From NCBI GenBank assembly GCA_045837725.1, contig JBEWZL010000066.1, positions 310,001 to 374,000 on the forward strand: a DNA stretch of 64,000 bases, read 5' to 3'. The notes under the pieces are model-generated. The model was not told the origin of the DNA and searched no databases. It saw only the letters and a program-made list of their open reading frames with translations. Every line of letters begins with the position of its first letter. Within the stretch, counting starts at the first letter, position 1. Below, one piece after another: positions 38,701 through 51,500 of this stretch. Position numbers and translations under genes: made by a program. This stretch comes from Vermamoeba vermiformis. Taxonomy: Eukaryota.

Positions 38701-41700
38701 AAAAGTAAGTATCATTTAGGCATTTCATACAGTTTCTAACACCTGTTAGGGAGGAGAATCTGCTGGACACTGTGTCTCTGACGACAATGAATGACAGTGA
38801 ACTTGAAAGATTGGACGTGTATTTCTATGACGTTTTCAATCTCGAGATGACTGGCCTCAATGCCGTAGTGACAACACGTGAATGGTCAGATTGGCGAAGC
38901 TTTACTGTGGAGCAGCAACAGGCGTTAGAAGTCATTAACAACTTCGATGTGAACTTGACGTTGAAACTCCGTCGTAAAGAGCAGGAAATGATTCCGAAGA
39001 TCAAATTTGCTGGTAAACTGCCCATGTTGTCTGTTAACGTCAATGAGGGCAAGTTGCAAACAATCTTCGATGTAATCAAGACTGTGAGCACTCCTACGAT
39101 CTCTAAGAAAAAACCTGTTGATGCCCCGAAGCCCGTTAACGTAAGTGTAATCCTGATTTGGTAGGAGCTCTAATTAATCTTTTTCTAGCCTCGATTATTG
39201 CCTGTCAAGTTGAACCCCAAGAAGAACTTGACGAACTTCGCTCAAATATTCAGCACTTACATTCCCGAGACAAAAATCGCCGACGACTCCGTACTAAGTC
39301 CTCGTAGCCCATCAAAGAGTCCTAAAGCTAGCAATACGAATCAACAAGAAGATGAAGAAACAGCGCTGAAGAAACTTGTTTACGCCAAGTTTGAAATTTC
39401 ATCGTTGGTTATCAACTCGTTCTTTACAAAGAAAAAGGCTAACGGCGAAGTGCAATTCTTGCCATTGATTATTGTATGTTATCAATCATGCTCTAGCTAC
39501 ATTTCTAACGCGCTTGTACTAGGTCACTCTCCGCCAAATTGGTGCGTCCTTCAACTTGAATAACAGACTTATGGATCTGCAAGTGAATCTCAAGTCATTC
39601 TTGGCCGAAGATAAGATGACCATGAATTACAACGAGCTCGATAGCGGCGGTGACAGTCCTGCCGAACCATCGTTGTCGATGAACCAGGAGATCTCCTTGC
39701 AACGATCATTTGACGGCGAGTTGCAGCAAGAACTCGATCAAGTTAAGCCGAGATATATCATTCACTCGGGAGTCGAGCACGAGAACGAACAATCGCAAAG
39801 TGACGTGTCACTCATTAGCATTCGCTTCCTATCCATTGGCAAGACAAGTCCAGAGTACAAAGGTGTCAATAATGCATTGTCTATTGACTTCACTGATGTG
39901 CTCACTGCGAATATGAATCGTTTGCCCGTTGCGGCTCTGTTGCAGTTCATCTTCAACATTGTCAACTTGATCACGAGCTTCACAGCCAAACCTGCGGACC
40001 AGCAGGCAGCGTAAGTTTGTTTATCATAAAATCCGAGTATATTAGGTGTATTAATGTCCTTCGCAGTGTGGCTCCTAAAATTGAAACAGTTAAAGCCGTC
40101 CAAGCTCAACCGACTGTTGCAGATCCAAACCGACCGATCTTTTTCAAGTTGGACATGTCAATGAAACTGCTCAAGTTCAATCTCATCAAGGAGAAGTCCA
40201 CCTTCTTAATGTCATCGCTCAATAACTCAGCTTTGAACGTTTCGGTGATGGATGACGGGCAAGTCAAAGTCGGTGGTCATTTGGGTCAAATCGAAATTAA
40301 GCGCGAAGGCCGCAAGATTTTGATGACAGAAGGTGACAAGGTTGCAAGCGTCTTGCTCGAAATGTACGCCAAGACAGCCTCCTATTATCCTGTAAGTTGT
40401 TACCCACAGCAAACCTTCAACTTCTGACACGGTGTCATAGGGCTACGACATGTTGATTGACGTCCAGCTTGCATCGCTGAAAGGCATCTTCTACTGGGTT
40501 CTAATTGACGAAATAGTCACGTACTTCTCTGGCTTCGGAGTAATGCTCGATATTTTGAAGCGAAGTGCGTCCACTACCATCTCAAACGCTGCCAGTAGCA
40601 GTAAGTTAACACAACCCAAGAATATGTTAGGACACCTCTAACTCTCGAGCAGAGATGAAGTTGAAGGTCGAAGTGTCCAATCCTTTCATTCGCGTGCCTA
40701 AGAACACATCACTTCACAACTACAAGCTGTACGATATCCATTCACCTGAGATTGACGCTGAAGGATACATGCTTCTCGATTTGGGTAAAATCTCCATCGA
40801 GAACCACTTCGTAAGTAGCAGCAAACGTTAAACGAAGCATCTTACTAACACGTTGGACTACTAGGGTGAAAATACTGAAGCGTCAATTGACGTGATGAAA
40901 ATTGACATCTCAAAGCTGAACATGAAGTCGATCAATATGGTGCGAAAGGGCGACGACGTCAGCACGAAAGAACGTTGGGTGTTGAATAACACTAACGTTG
41001 GCATACAATTGCAACGCATCTTAGCTTTCAAACTGCCAGATCCAAAGTTGCCACGACTTGACGTAAGCATCACTAAAAGGTCTTTTGAGACAATTCTAAC
41101 ACGACATTACAGATGATATTGAATATCGAAGCTATCAAAATCGATTTGACCGAAGAACAGTTTGCTCTCATGTTCGGAGTTTTGAGTGGAAATTTCACCG
41201 AGAAACCTCTTATTCCCGATAAGGAAGAACTGCAGCACTTGATCACGCACTATCCCGTACTTCAACGTGCTATTCAAGCTGAAGCACCAAAGCCTGCCGT
41301 TGAAGACAATCATGCCTTCGACTCAAAGGTGATCCACAACACTCACTTTGAAGTCCGCTTGGCCAATGCTATTTCATTCTCTTTCCACAAGAACGACGGG
41401 TTTTACGAGGACGGGTAAGCCTATTGACGTTGTTATATTCACCATCTAACTGTTGTTTCTGGTAGATCTTCCGCCGCAATGATGAAGTTCGCCGTAGATG
41501 ATTTCACGACGATTATTGACTTGTTTAACGATAACATTCCCGATGAAAGTCGTCCTTATCACGCGCCTGACTTTGAGAAGACAAAGATTAGGATCTTTTT
41601 CAATTCCATTGTCCTCGAGGACTTGCGCGAGAACACTGGCATGACCTTGAAGAAGATTCTCAACTTGACCTACAAAACACTTCCAGAAGATCCACCAATC

Positions 41701-44700
41701 AGCGTCAGCTTGTCAAAACAAGGCAAAGTCATCGTGCGCGTGGAGTTCTTAAAGCCACAGATATTCTTAATGCCTGGCACACTGTTGGACTTCAAGCGAT
41801 TCATCTTCCCGCTGATTTCTGACATGATTGTCTCGTTGAACAAATTCACCTCTGCTGGCTCGGTCATCGTGGAACTTGCCAGATGAGACACTCAAGGAAG
41901 CCTTGCCAATGCCTGATCCATCTCGTTCGAGATCGATTATCTCGCTGATTGTGAATGATCCCGAGGTCTTTGTTGTTGAAGACCCTACTCAGGCCAAGGA
42001 AACCACGGCCTTTGCATTGTACTTCCAACAGATCTTCTTGCGCGTGATCAATCCTGACGCTAGTGGCAAGCAATTACTGGAGCTCAACTTCGCATCTACT
42101 GAAGTAGTGAAGTGCGTTCTTAACATGTTGGTACGTAATCTAATACAGCTTTTTTTGAACCAACAAAATCTTACTTGATAAATAGACTCTGGAGCGTATG
42201 AACAGCAATAATTTGCTATCATCAACAAAGATCACGATGCACACTTCAGCGGACAAAGTCCAACGCAAGACAGTGTTTGACATCGGTCACATCAACATGA
42301 TTGCGTCGTACATGGACATTAAGAGCGCTCTTGACGTATACAAGACATTCGAGCCACTCATCACTGACTTCACAGCCCCTGCTGCCCCAAAGCAGTCCGA
42401 TATCTTTGAGTTCGATGCACAACCCGTTGCGAACTTATCAGAGAGCTCAGACTCAGTCGCACCATCACCCAACCAATCACCGGCCAGAACGTCTGACATT
42501 CGTTTGGGCAATTCTAGACTGAATTTGGGCACTGTTGGCAGTCCAGCTAACTTGCCTAAACCGAAGTCAACGCCTTCTACACCACGAGGAACTGATGGTG
42601 AACCGATTATCAAGGCTGAAGAAGCTTCACACAACGTACGTTGACACCTTTGTTAAAGTTTAAAACACTAACCTTTGGTAGTTGTCTGTCTACATCCGCG
42701 GCATTAACTTCAGTTTCTTGAACGACAAGCTTTACGCAAACGTCATTATGCCCGTGCTCAAAGCCAATTTCTTCCAAATCATGGTCATCGTGTTGACGTA
42801 CCCGAGTCAAAAGCTCGAAGTTCACACTCAAATCTACAGAATGGGCATTGACGGCTATAACAATAAGATGGCTTTCTACGAGCCTTTTGTCGAGCCCGTC
42901 TCATTGCGATTCTTGGTAAGAAAATGAAGGTCACTTATTATGTCATACTAACTCTGATCAGCTCAACCGTCCCCACAACATGCCAATGGTCATCAACATT
43001 GAATCTGCTGATGTGATGAACATTAACTTGACCAAGCCGTTCTTGGACATTCTTTTCAATACACTTGATACTTTGAGTAACACGGGCGAGAGCTCAGAAA
43101 GTGATAACCATCATCACATTGCCAAGAGCAAAGTTGATGCTCACAGACCCTTCTTGCTCCAGCCCTTCGTGGTGAAGAATCAGCTAGGTACTAGAGTCAA
43201 TTACTTCTCGATTGCAAACGAATTGGTAAGTGTAGTTGATACAATGTGAGTTCAAGACTAACGTTCATGTTCAGGATCCGCAAGAAATTGACAACGACGA
43301 AGAAAAGCCGTTGATCGTCAAGTCACGTAGATTAGGTGAAATCTTTGACCAACAATTCGAGTACAAGTTGTCGATGCAGTTCACGAATACCTTGCGTGAA
43401 ACAATGATCATCAAAGAGTTGAACATCACGAAGGTTGGCACAAACTACTTCCAAGTAGACTCGAATGATTTGCAGAAGAGATTGTTGTGCGAGGTTACAT
43501 TCGACAAGGGCACCAAGATATTGACTATTGGTACCAACAACAAGATCTTCAATCACTGCAATCACGACGTTGACGTTCAAGTCACCAAGCTTGATGGTTC
43601 GATCTTGGTCATTCCTAGCCTCGGCAAAGGTCAAACAAGACTGTTGCCCATTGACTGCTTGACGTTCATCAACATCAAGTTCAAACCGTCGAACACGGAG
43701 TTTGAATGGAGTGAAGCTGTCAAAGAGACTTCGCTGGTCTGTCGCAACAAAAAGACCCGTGTGTTATGGAACTACGTCTTCTCACAACAAAACATTCGCA
43801 CGAAGAACTCGTCAAAGGTCGCTCATCGTCGAACCAAACGAAAGAACGCGAATGATGTGAAGAAGAATCACACGGGAATCTACGCCATTGTGCTGTACCC
43901 ACCTTTCATCTTAGAGAACCTTTTGTGCTGTGAAGTTCATTTCCGCGTAAGTGATAGCACGTGATGCTTATTTGTCAGACAAAGACTGACCTCTTTTACA
44001 GATCCAAGACAGCAGCTCTAAAGAAGTGTTGATGCTCTCATCACTCAAGAAAGGTGCTTTCATCGATATCTGCGCAAGATCTGCCGGTCAATCCCTCTCG
44101 ATGGCCATCAAGATCCCGGGCTTTGATTGGAGTGATGCTGTCCCGTTCACTGAACCTCAAGCCTCCACTTACAACCGCAAGACGTTCAAGCTGTTCGATG
44201 GCTTCAAACGGCCTTTGCAGCTCTATGCGGACATGGTCAAGTAAGCTCCAAACTGACAAAATAATCTCATATCTAACTTCGTTGCAGCAATCCTGCGTTC
44301 CCTACGTGCCGCCGCTTAGTGCTCTACGCCGATTATTGGATTGAGAACAGGACTGGTCTGATGATGTACTTCAAGGACTTGCCGTATGAGGACAATGACT
44401 ACGCGTCGGGTCAAAATATCACGCCCAAGGAGATCGTCAAGGACTATTTGCAGCAAGGCGATCCACGCGATTGGTACCACAATTCACCTGCGAATAGTCT
44501 TCACAACTCGTCGAGCAATGTCTCAAACACGAACACAAATACCAACGTGAACAATAGCAACACTGTCAACTACAACACGCACTACGTTGAATTGCCAGTG
44601 CTGCAGTACTTTAGACCAACAATTTGCTTTAAAGTCGGTAACTCTGGTTGGTCTAATGTAAGACTCGAAAATTCACTCTCTTTCACGTGCTTACAAACTT

Positions 44701-47700
44701 TTAAATAGGAGGTGAACATTTCTACGAAGAACGAGACTGGCATGGGCGAGGCTACTATTAAGACTCCACGCTTGTTCAAGTTCAAGATCAACATTGACAA
44801 TGCCCCTGGAAAGGTAACGAAATTTTTCACGCCCATATAACCACGTGCTAACATGATTTGTAGTACTCTCGAACAAAGGTCGTGAAAGTTCATCCAGCAA
44901 TGATTCTCGTGAACAAGATTGATGAGCCGATCTTCTACCGTCAACGAGACTTCAATAACTACGTCTACCAGTTGTACCCTAATGATGAGGTCCCAATCTA
45001 TTGGTTCTACTCGAGCAATTCGGCCGCTCAGCGCTTGTCAATTTCGTTCTATAAGGACAACGCCAGCTTGAGCAGTTCACAGAAAATAGAAGATTTCTGG
45101 TCACTACCGTTCAGTCTGGACAAAGCTGACTTCTTCCAACTGAAACTGAAGCAAACATCAACTGATCCGAATAAGAAGTTTGTCATTAAGTTGATTAACG
45201 TGCAAGTCAAAGTGTTGCGTGAGACTACATTCGTGGTCTTCGAGAAGGCTGAAGAGCCGATCTATTTGATTGACAACCAGACTGACTCGACCTTCTACGT
45301 GCAACAGAAGGTATACTAAACATTGACCTTGTTTTAAGTACTCTTCTAACACAACCATAGGGCTGCAAATTGATCGAAGCCATCGAGCCTCGCAAGATCA
45401 CGCCGTACTGTTGGGAAGACCCGCAAAATGTCGCGCAGACTTCGAACTCGAACATTGAGCCCAAGAAGTTACTAGTCGCTGCGGCAGGTGCTCAGAAAGG
45501 AGGCATGATTGTCGAGCTTAACTTGGACAACCCGAGCGAGATGCCCGCGGTGCCTCTACCAGGGCCCGAGAAGCAGTCAGCACGCATTGATATCAAGCCT
45601 AATGGCGGACCTAAACGTGTTGTGACGATCTATTATAGCCACGCAAAGATGCGTCGAACCATTCCCATTCTCAACGAGACACTGCAAGTCACGTCTGAAT
45701 TGTCCGTGTCATTGCAAGGCATTGGCATTTCACTGATGAGCACGAACTTCTATCGCGATGAAACGTCAGACATTGCTGGCTACAACTCGAGCAGACGTCA
45801 AAAAGAAGTCATGTACATTAGTGCCCGTGGACTTAACTTCAAGCAGTACTCGACGAATAAGGACGTCTCTATTCTCGAATGCTTAATTGGAGCCTTCCAG
45901 GTACACTCAAACTACCCTCAATTTGACACGTGTCAAAATATCTCACAACCTCCATTTAGATTGATAACCAATTGGTACCAACAAAGTTGCCCGTTGCTAT
46001 TTCTAGTAACAGTACGCTGGTGTGGGAGAAGGGAAAAGAATTCTTGCAATTACGCATGCAACGCAGTCCCAAGTTCAACACGATAGACTTCCATTGCAAG
46101 TTGAACGAGTTCGAGCTGAAGATCGATCAGAACTTCTTGATTCAGATCTTAGCTTTCGTTGCATTTATTGTGACCTACTTCAGCAAGCGTTCAGCGGCGG
46201 TTGAAGAACGAAAACTGTTCGAGAAAATTTCACAGAGCATTCGTTCATTCCATAAGTACGTTCTCACTTCAAAAATGATTACTACACCTTGCTAATTAAT
46301 TAATAATACTTTTTAGGTTGACTTTAAACGATGTCACTTCCAACGTGTTCTATTTGGAAAATTTCTTCATTAATGAAATCAATACGCACATCACCTTCAG
46401 AAGCGAGGCCAATCCTGATTATGATCACAACTTGTAAGTCATCCATAAGCATAATATTGTCAATATGACCCTTATTAACTTGATTTTCACCACAGGGAGG
46501 GCTTTGAAGGCATTTTGCGCTGGATCCCGTTCGGTCTCTTGTCCGCAGCAAGCAATTTACCGATCAATCTCGAGCCATTCGCCACGAAACAGACGTTCTT
46601 GTTGCAACAAGAGCTCATTACGCGCATCGTAGACCATTACAAACGATGGCAGATGTATGTCAAACAAGTGTGGAACAAACTGGATCCGACAGTCGTTTCA
46701 AAGACCAACCCTTCACTCAACCTCTTCGTACGTACCTATTAATACTACCATAGCGATGATAATACTAATTCATTGACAGATGGATCAAGTCCAAGGTGTT
46801 GCTCCCGAGGTAGTTGGCGTGAGTCCAGCTCGTTTCCCGCGCTTCTTTGGCCCCGATCAATTGCTGTCCATCTACGAGGCCGAGAAGTCAGAGGGCCAGT
46901 ACCTAGTTTCAACAGTCAACGACGGTCAATATGCTGGCACGGAGTTCTACAACTTCCACTACCACGTGGTGAAGAACAAGTACATTATGTTAGCCACTAC
47001 CAAACTGCTGATGTTCATTCGACGCAAAGACGGTCAATGGTACTCTTATTGGGTCAAAGAACTGCTTGGTAAGCCATATCCTCGCCCACGTGATCTCGAT
47101 CCGGTCCTAACGTAAATTTCCTTTTTTAGAAGGTCGCGAGGAAAAAGTGAAAATTGTCAATATTAAGGCCCACAACGGCAAGTACTTGACCTGCGAGAGA
47201 ACTGGCGGAGTTTTCGCAAACAGATCTGCTGCTAGTGACTGGGAAGAGTGGCAGATCGAGAAACAGCCACAGCTCGGTGACAAAGTTGCGTTCAGAAGTT
47301 TCCACGGCAAGTACTTGAGCTCGGACACGTTCGGAGTTATGGCTGGCAAACCTGAAGCCAAGAAATGGGAAATTTGGAGAATTATCAAGCTACAGAACAA
47401 CCCTGGCAAGATCGCTATTGAGAGCTACGAGGTAAATTAATTTTCACTGAAACCTTTGATTTTTAACCAATCGTATTAAGTTCTTCTATTACTTAGCAAA
47501 AATACTTGACGTCGGAGAATATTCTCGGAATTAACAAAGTGAGCGCTAATCGATCGGCAATTAAGACCTGGGAAATGTGGGAAAGTCAAACAATTGTCAA
47601 ACTGGTCTTTGTTCGTAAGTACTCAAAAAGACTATACCCAGAATATATATGATAATAACACGACCTTATTTCAGCTTTGTCGAACTCGTACTTGATCCGT

Positions 47701-48441
47701 GAAAAATTGTTGCCGAACAAATTCATCGTGCAAATTACTGCAGGACTTGAGACCGGCAAGCCCTTAGCACTCGATAATCAAGGCAACATTTTGAAGTACG
47801 ACCGCACACAGTGGATCAAACACATTGGCCAGGCACGCTACATTACTTCCACGCAAGGCGCGTTCTTTATGCTCGAACAAAAGACCGGCTATTTGTATCA
47901 ATGGAAGAACGGCAATTGGCTCAAGAAAAATGCCAGTCAAGAAGTCGATAAAATCTACGCAGGATCAGAGAGCACATTGGTCGGAGTCAATTCCAAATTA
48001 GGAAAGCTCTATAGATGGCAAAATGAAGACTGGACGGAAGTGCCAAAGGGCTTTGAAGGCGATGTCAATTCAGCGGGCATTAACAGCAACGGTGACTTGT
48101 GGGTTGCGACTCGTGGTGGTCACGTGTTCAGATTCCAAGAATTAAGTGGCCAATGGACCTTCGTTCTTAACGTAAGTACCATTTCTAAATTAGGAAATTT
48201 TCAGTGAATTGTGGAACTCGTTCTAACAAATCTTTTTGTGTAGATCTTGGCGCATCAAGTATACGTTGCAGGAGAGACAGTTATTGCGGTGAATGAAGGC
48301 AACAGCAACAAATTGTACAAATACAACGGCAGCAATTATTGGGATGAAGTGGCGCAACAAACTAAGTCCTGCTGTGTGTCGCTCGACGGTGTAATCTACT
48401 TTGTGGATCAAGACGGCCAAGTGCTGCAATATCGTAAATAA
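35796..48441 (+). CDS. VPS13: VPS13-family bridge-like lipid transfer protein with C-terminal fascin-like and beta-propeller extensions
   Basis: Chorein N-terminus (LLNKYLGDYVE, IPWSSLSSKPV, HIRYED). Six VAB-like repeats with conserved Asn (VVKNQL, IFNHC, ILENLL, WIENRTG, ILVNKI, LIDNQT). PH-like region after RFPRFF. Confidence 0.92.
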
Positions 48442-48538
48442 TAAACGATTCGTTTCTTTTAGATAATATGCATAGTAAAGGGAGGGCCTTTGTATTTTTG
48501 AAGAGTGATTTTATTTTGTACAAAAATTAGATCGATGT

Positions 48539-51500
48539 TTAAGATCTCAATTCGTCATAAGCGAACTTGAGCTCGTGCAACAATGGTGCAGGGAATTCTT
48601 TGCCTAAAGTGCTGTAGTATCTCTTGATATCTTCGAATTCCTTAGTCCATTCATCAACATCAACCTGCAAGGCCTCATCAACGCTGCTTGTAGGCACATC
48701 AAGTCCACGCAAGTCGAGCACGGAGGACTCGGGAATCAAGCCGATAGCAGTCTTGTGCAAGCCCTCAGTGAGGGTGTTGGTGGTTCGTTCGTGAATGTAC
48801 TTCAAGATACGCGAGTTCTCGTCGAAACCAGGCCACAAGAAGTTACCCTTCTTGTCCTTTCTGAACCAGTTGACCACAAAGATCTTAGGCATGTTGTAAC
48901 CCAACTGCACTCTGAAGTCGAGCCAGTGTTGCAAGTAGTGGTTGATGTTGTAGCCGAGGAAAGGAGTCATTGAGAACGGTTCACGTTCAACGCCGTTCTT
49001 GCCTTCGACACCAATGACTGAGGCCAAGAAGACACCTTGTTCCCAGTTAGCAGCTTCAGTGACCAAGGGGAAGGCAGTGCTGCGACGGCAACCAAAGATG
49101 AAAGCAGAGATTGGCACACCGTTAGGGTTCTCCCATTCAGGATCAATCACAGGGCATTGAGCGCCAGGAGCAGTGAAGCGAGAGTTGGGGTGAGCAGCAG
49201 GGCGTCCGCAGTCAGGAGTCCACTTTTGACCAGTCCAATCGACCAAGGAAGCAGGAGGTTGTTCAGTCATGCCCTCCCACCAGACATCACCGTCGGGGGT
49301 AACAGCGACGTTGGTGAAGATGGTGTTCTTGCGCAAAGTGGCCATGGCAGACTTGTTGGTCTTGTCAGAGGTACCAGTAGCAACGTCGTAGAAGCCAGCC
49401 TCAGGGTTGATGGCCCAGAGTCTGCCGTCGTCGCCCAAGTGCAACCAAGCAATGTCGTCACCAACGCAACGAACGGTCCAACCAGGAATAGTCGGGACCA
49501 ACATGGCAAGATTGGTCTTACCACAGTTCTTGGGCAAAGCAGCACCGACGTAGATACGCTTGCCTTCAGGGGAAGTGATGCCCAAAATAGCGCAACGTTC
49601 AGCGAACCAACCCTGCTTCTTGCCCATGACAGAGGCAATGCGAACACCGAAGGAGATACGAGAGACAAGGGCGTTAGAACCGAAGCCACTGCCGTAAGAC
49701 ATGACGCTGTAGTTGTCAGTCTCGGTGTCAACAAAGTGAGCGATGACTCTGTTGTCAGGGTTGCAAGGCCAAACAACGTCCTTTCTGGCCAGACTCGAGA
49801 GGAGCACCAACCGAGTGGACGCAAGGCAAGAAGTATTGAGTGTCCTTCAACACGTTCAATACATCAGTGCCCATGCGAGTTTGGACGCGCATGTTGGCCA
49901 CAACGTAGGGCGAGTCAGTGATTTGAACACCGAATCGTGAGTATTGAGAGCCAAGAGGACCCATGCAGAATGGCATGATGTACATGGTACGGCCCTTCAT
50001 GCAGCCCTTGTAGAGGGTCATCATCTTCTCCTTCATCTCCTTAGGATCGGCCCAGTTGTTGACAGGACCAGCCTCCTCAGGAGTCTTGGTGCAGATGTAA
50101 GTGCTGGCGTCAGTGCGGGAAGTGTCGCGAGGATCAGTGCGAACAACGAAGCTGTTAGGTCTCAAGTCGTCGTTCAATCTGTTCATCGTGCCCTTCTCGA
50201 CCATCATGTCGCACAATTGGTCGTACTCTTCTTGTGAGCCAGTGCACCAGTGGACGTGATCGGGTTGCAAGAGAGCTTGCATTTCATCAACCCACTTGAC
50301 GAGCTTGTGGTTGCTAGTAGGAGCAGCAGTAGCAGCCAACAATCTAGCCTCGAGTTCGTCAACGTTGCTAGCGATGGCAGCAGGAAGTCTGGAGCCGAAC
50401 TTGGCGTAGAATTGACGAATATCGGGAATTTCGTCGAGCCACAACTTGGCGTCGACGTGCAAGAGCTTGTGAATGGTGTCCTTGCCAATTTCCAAACCAT
50501 CAACGTCCAAAGCGTCGTGAGTAGGAACGTAGCCGATAGGAGTAGCACGAGCCTTGCCAGTACCATCGACACGCTCGCAGATCCACTTCAAGACACGGCA
50601 GTTCTCGCCAAAACCAGGCCACAAGAACTTGCCCTTCTCTTTCTGGAACCAATTGACGTAGAAGATCTTAGGAGACAAGAAGCCCAAGTTCTTTCTGAAC
50701 TCAGTCCAATGAGCAAAGTAGTCTCCCATGTTGTAACCGCAGAAAGGCAACATCGCAAATGGATCACGACGGACTTGACCAAGCTTGCCTTCAGCAGCGG
50801 CTGTTTGTTCAGATGAGATGATTGAACCCATGAAGACACCTTGTTCCCAAATGAAGGCTTCAGTGACCAAAGGAACGACGCGTTCACGACGACCACCGAA
50901 CAAGATGGCGCAAATGGGGACACCATTAGCGTTCTCCCACTCAGGATCAATCACAGGGCATTGAGAAGCAGGGCAGGTGTAGCGAGAGTTGGGGTGAGCA
51001 GCAGGACGTCCGCAGTCAGGAGTCCACTTTTGACCAGTCCAGTCAATCAGCTCAGCAGGAGGTTGTTTAGTCATGCCTTCCCACCAGACATCACCGTCAG
51101 GAGTCAAACCGACGTTGGTGAAGATGGTGTTTCTGTTGATGGTTTGCATGGCAGAAGCGTTGGAGATGGAAGAGGTACCAGGAGCGACACCGAAGAAACC
51201 ATTCTCAGGGTTGATGGCGTACAATCTGCCGTCATCACCGACGTGTAACCAAGCAATATCGTCACCAACGCAGCGAACTGTCCAGCCAGGAAGTGTGGGC
51301 ACCAACATAGCAAGATTGGTCTTGCCACAAGCTGAAGGGAATGCGGCGGCGATGTAGTACTTGTTGCCTTGAGGAGAGGTCAAGCCCAAGATCAACATGT
51401 GCTCGGCCAACCAGCCTTCTTTTCGGCCCAAAGTAGAAGCGATACGCAAAGAGTAGCACTTCTTGCCGAGCAGAGCGTTACCACCATAGCCACTACCGAA

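Noticed and set aside
49775-49790. Programmed ribosomal frameshift producing 3-unit versus 4-unit PEPCK
   Set aside because: There is no canonical slippery heptamer, the break falls mid-domain, and similar 1-nt indels occur across the window. An assembly error is more parsimonious.
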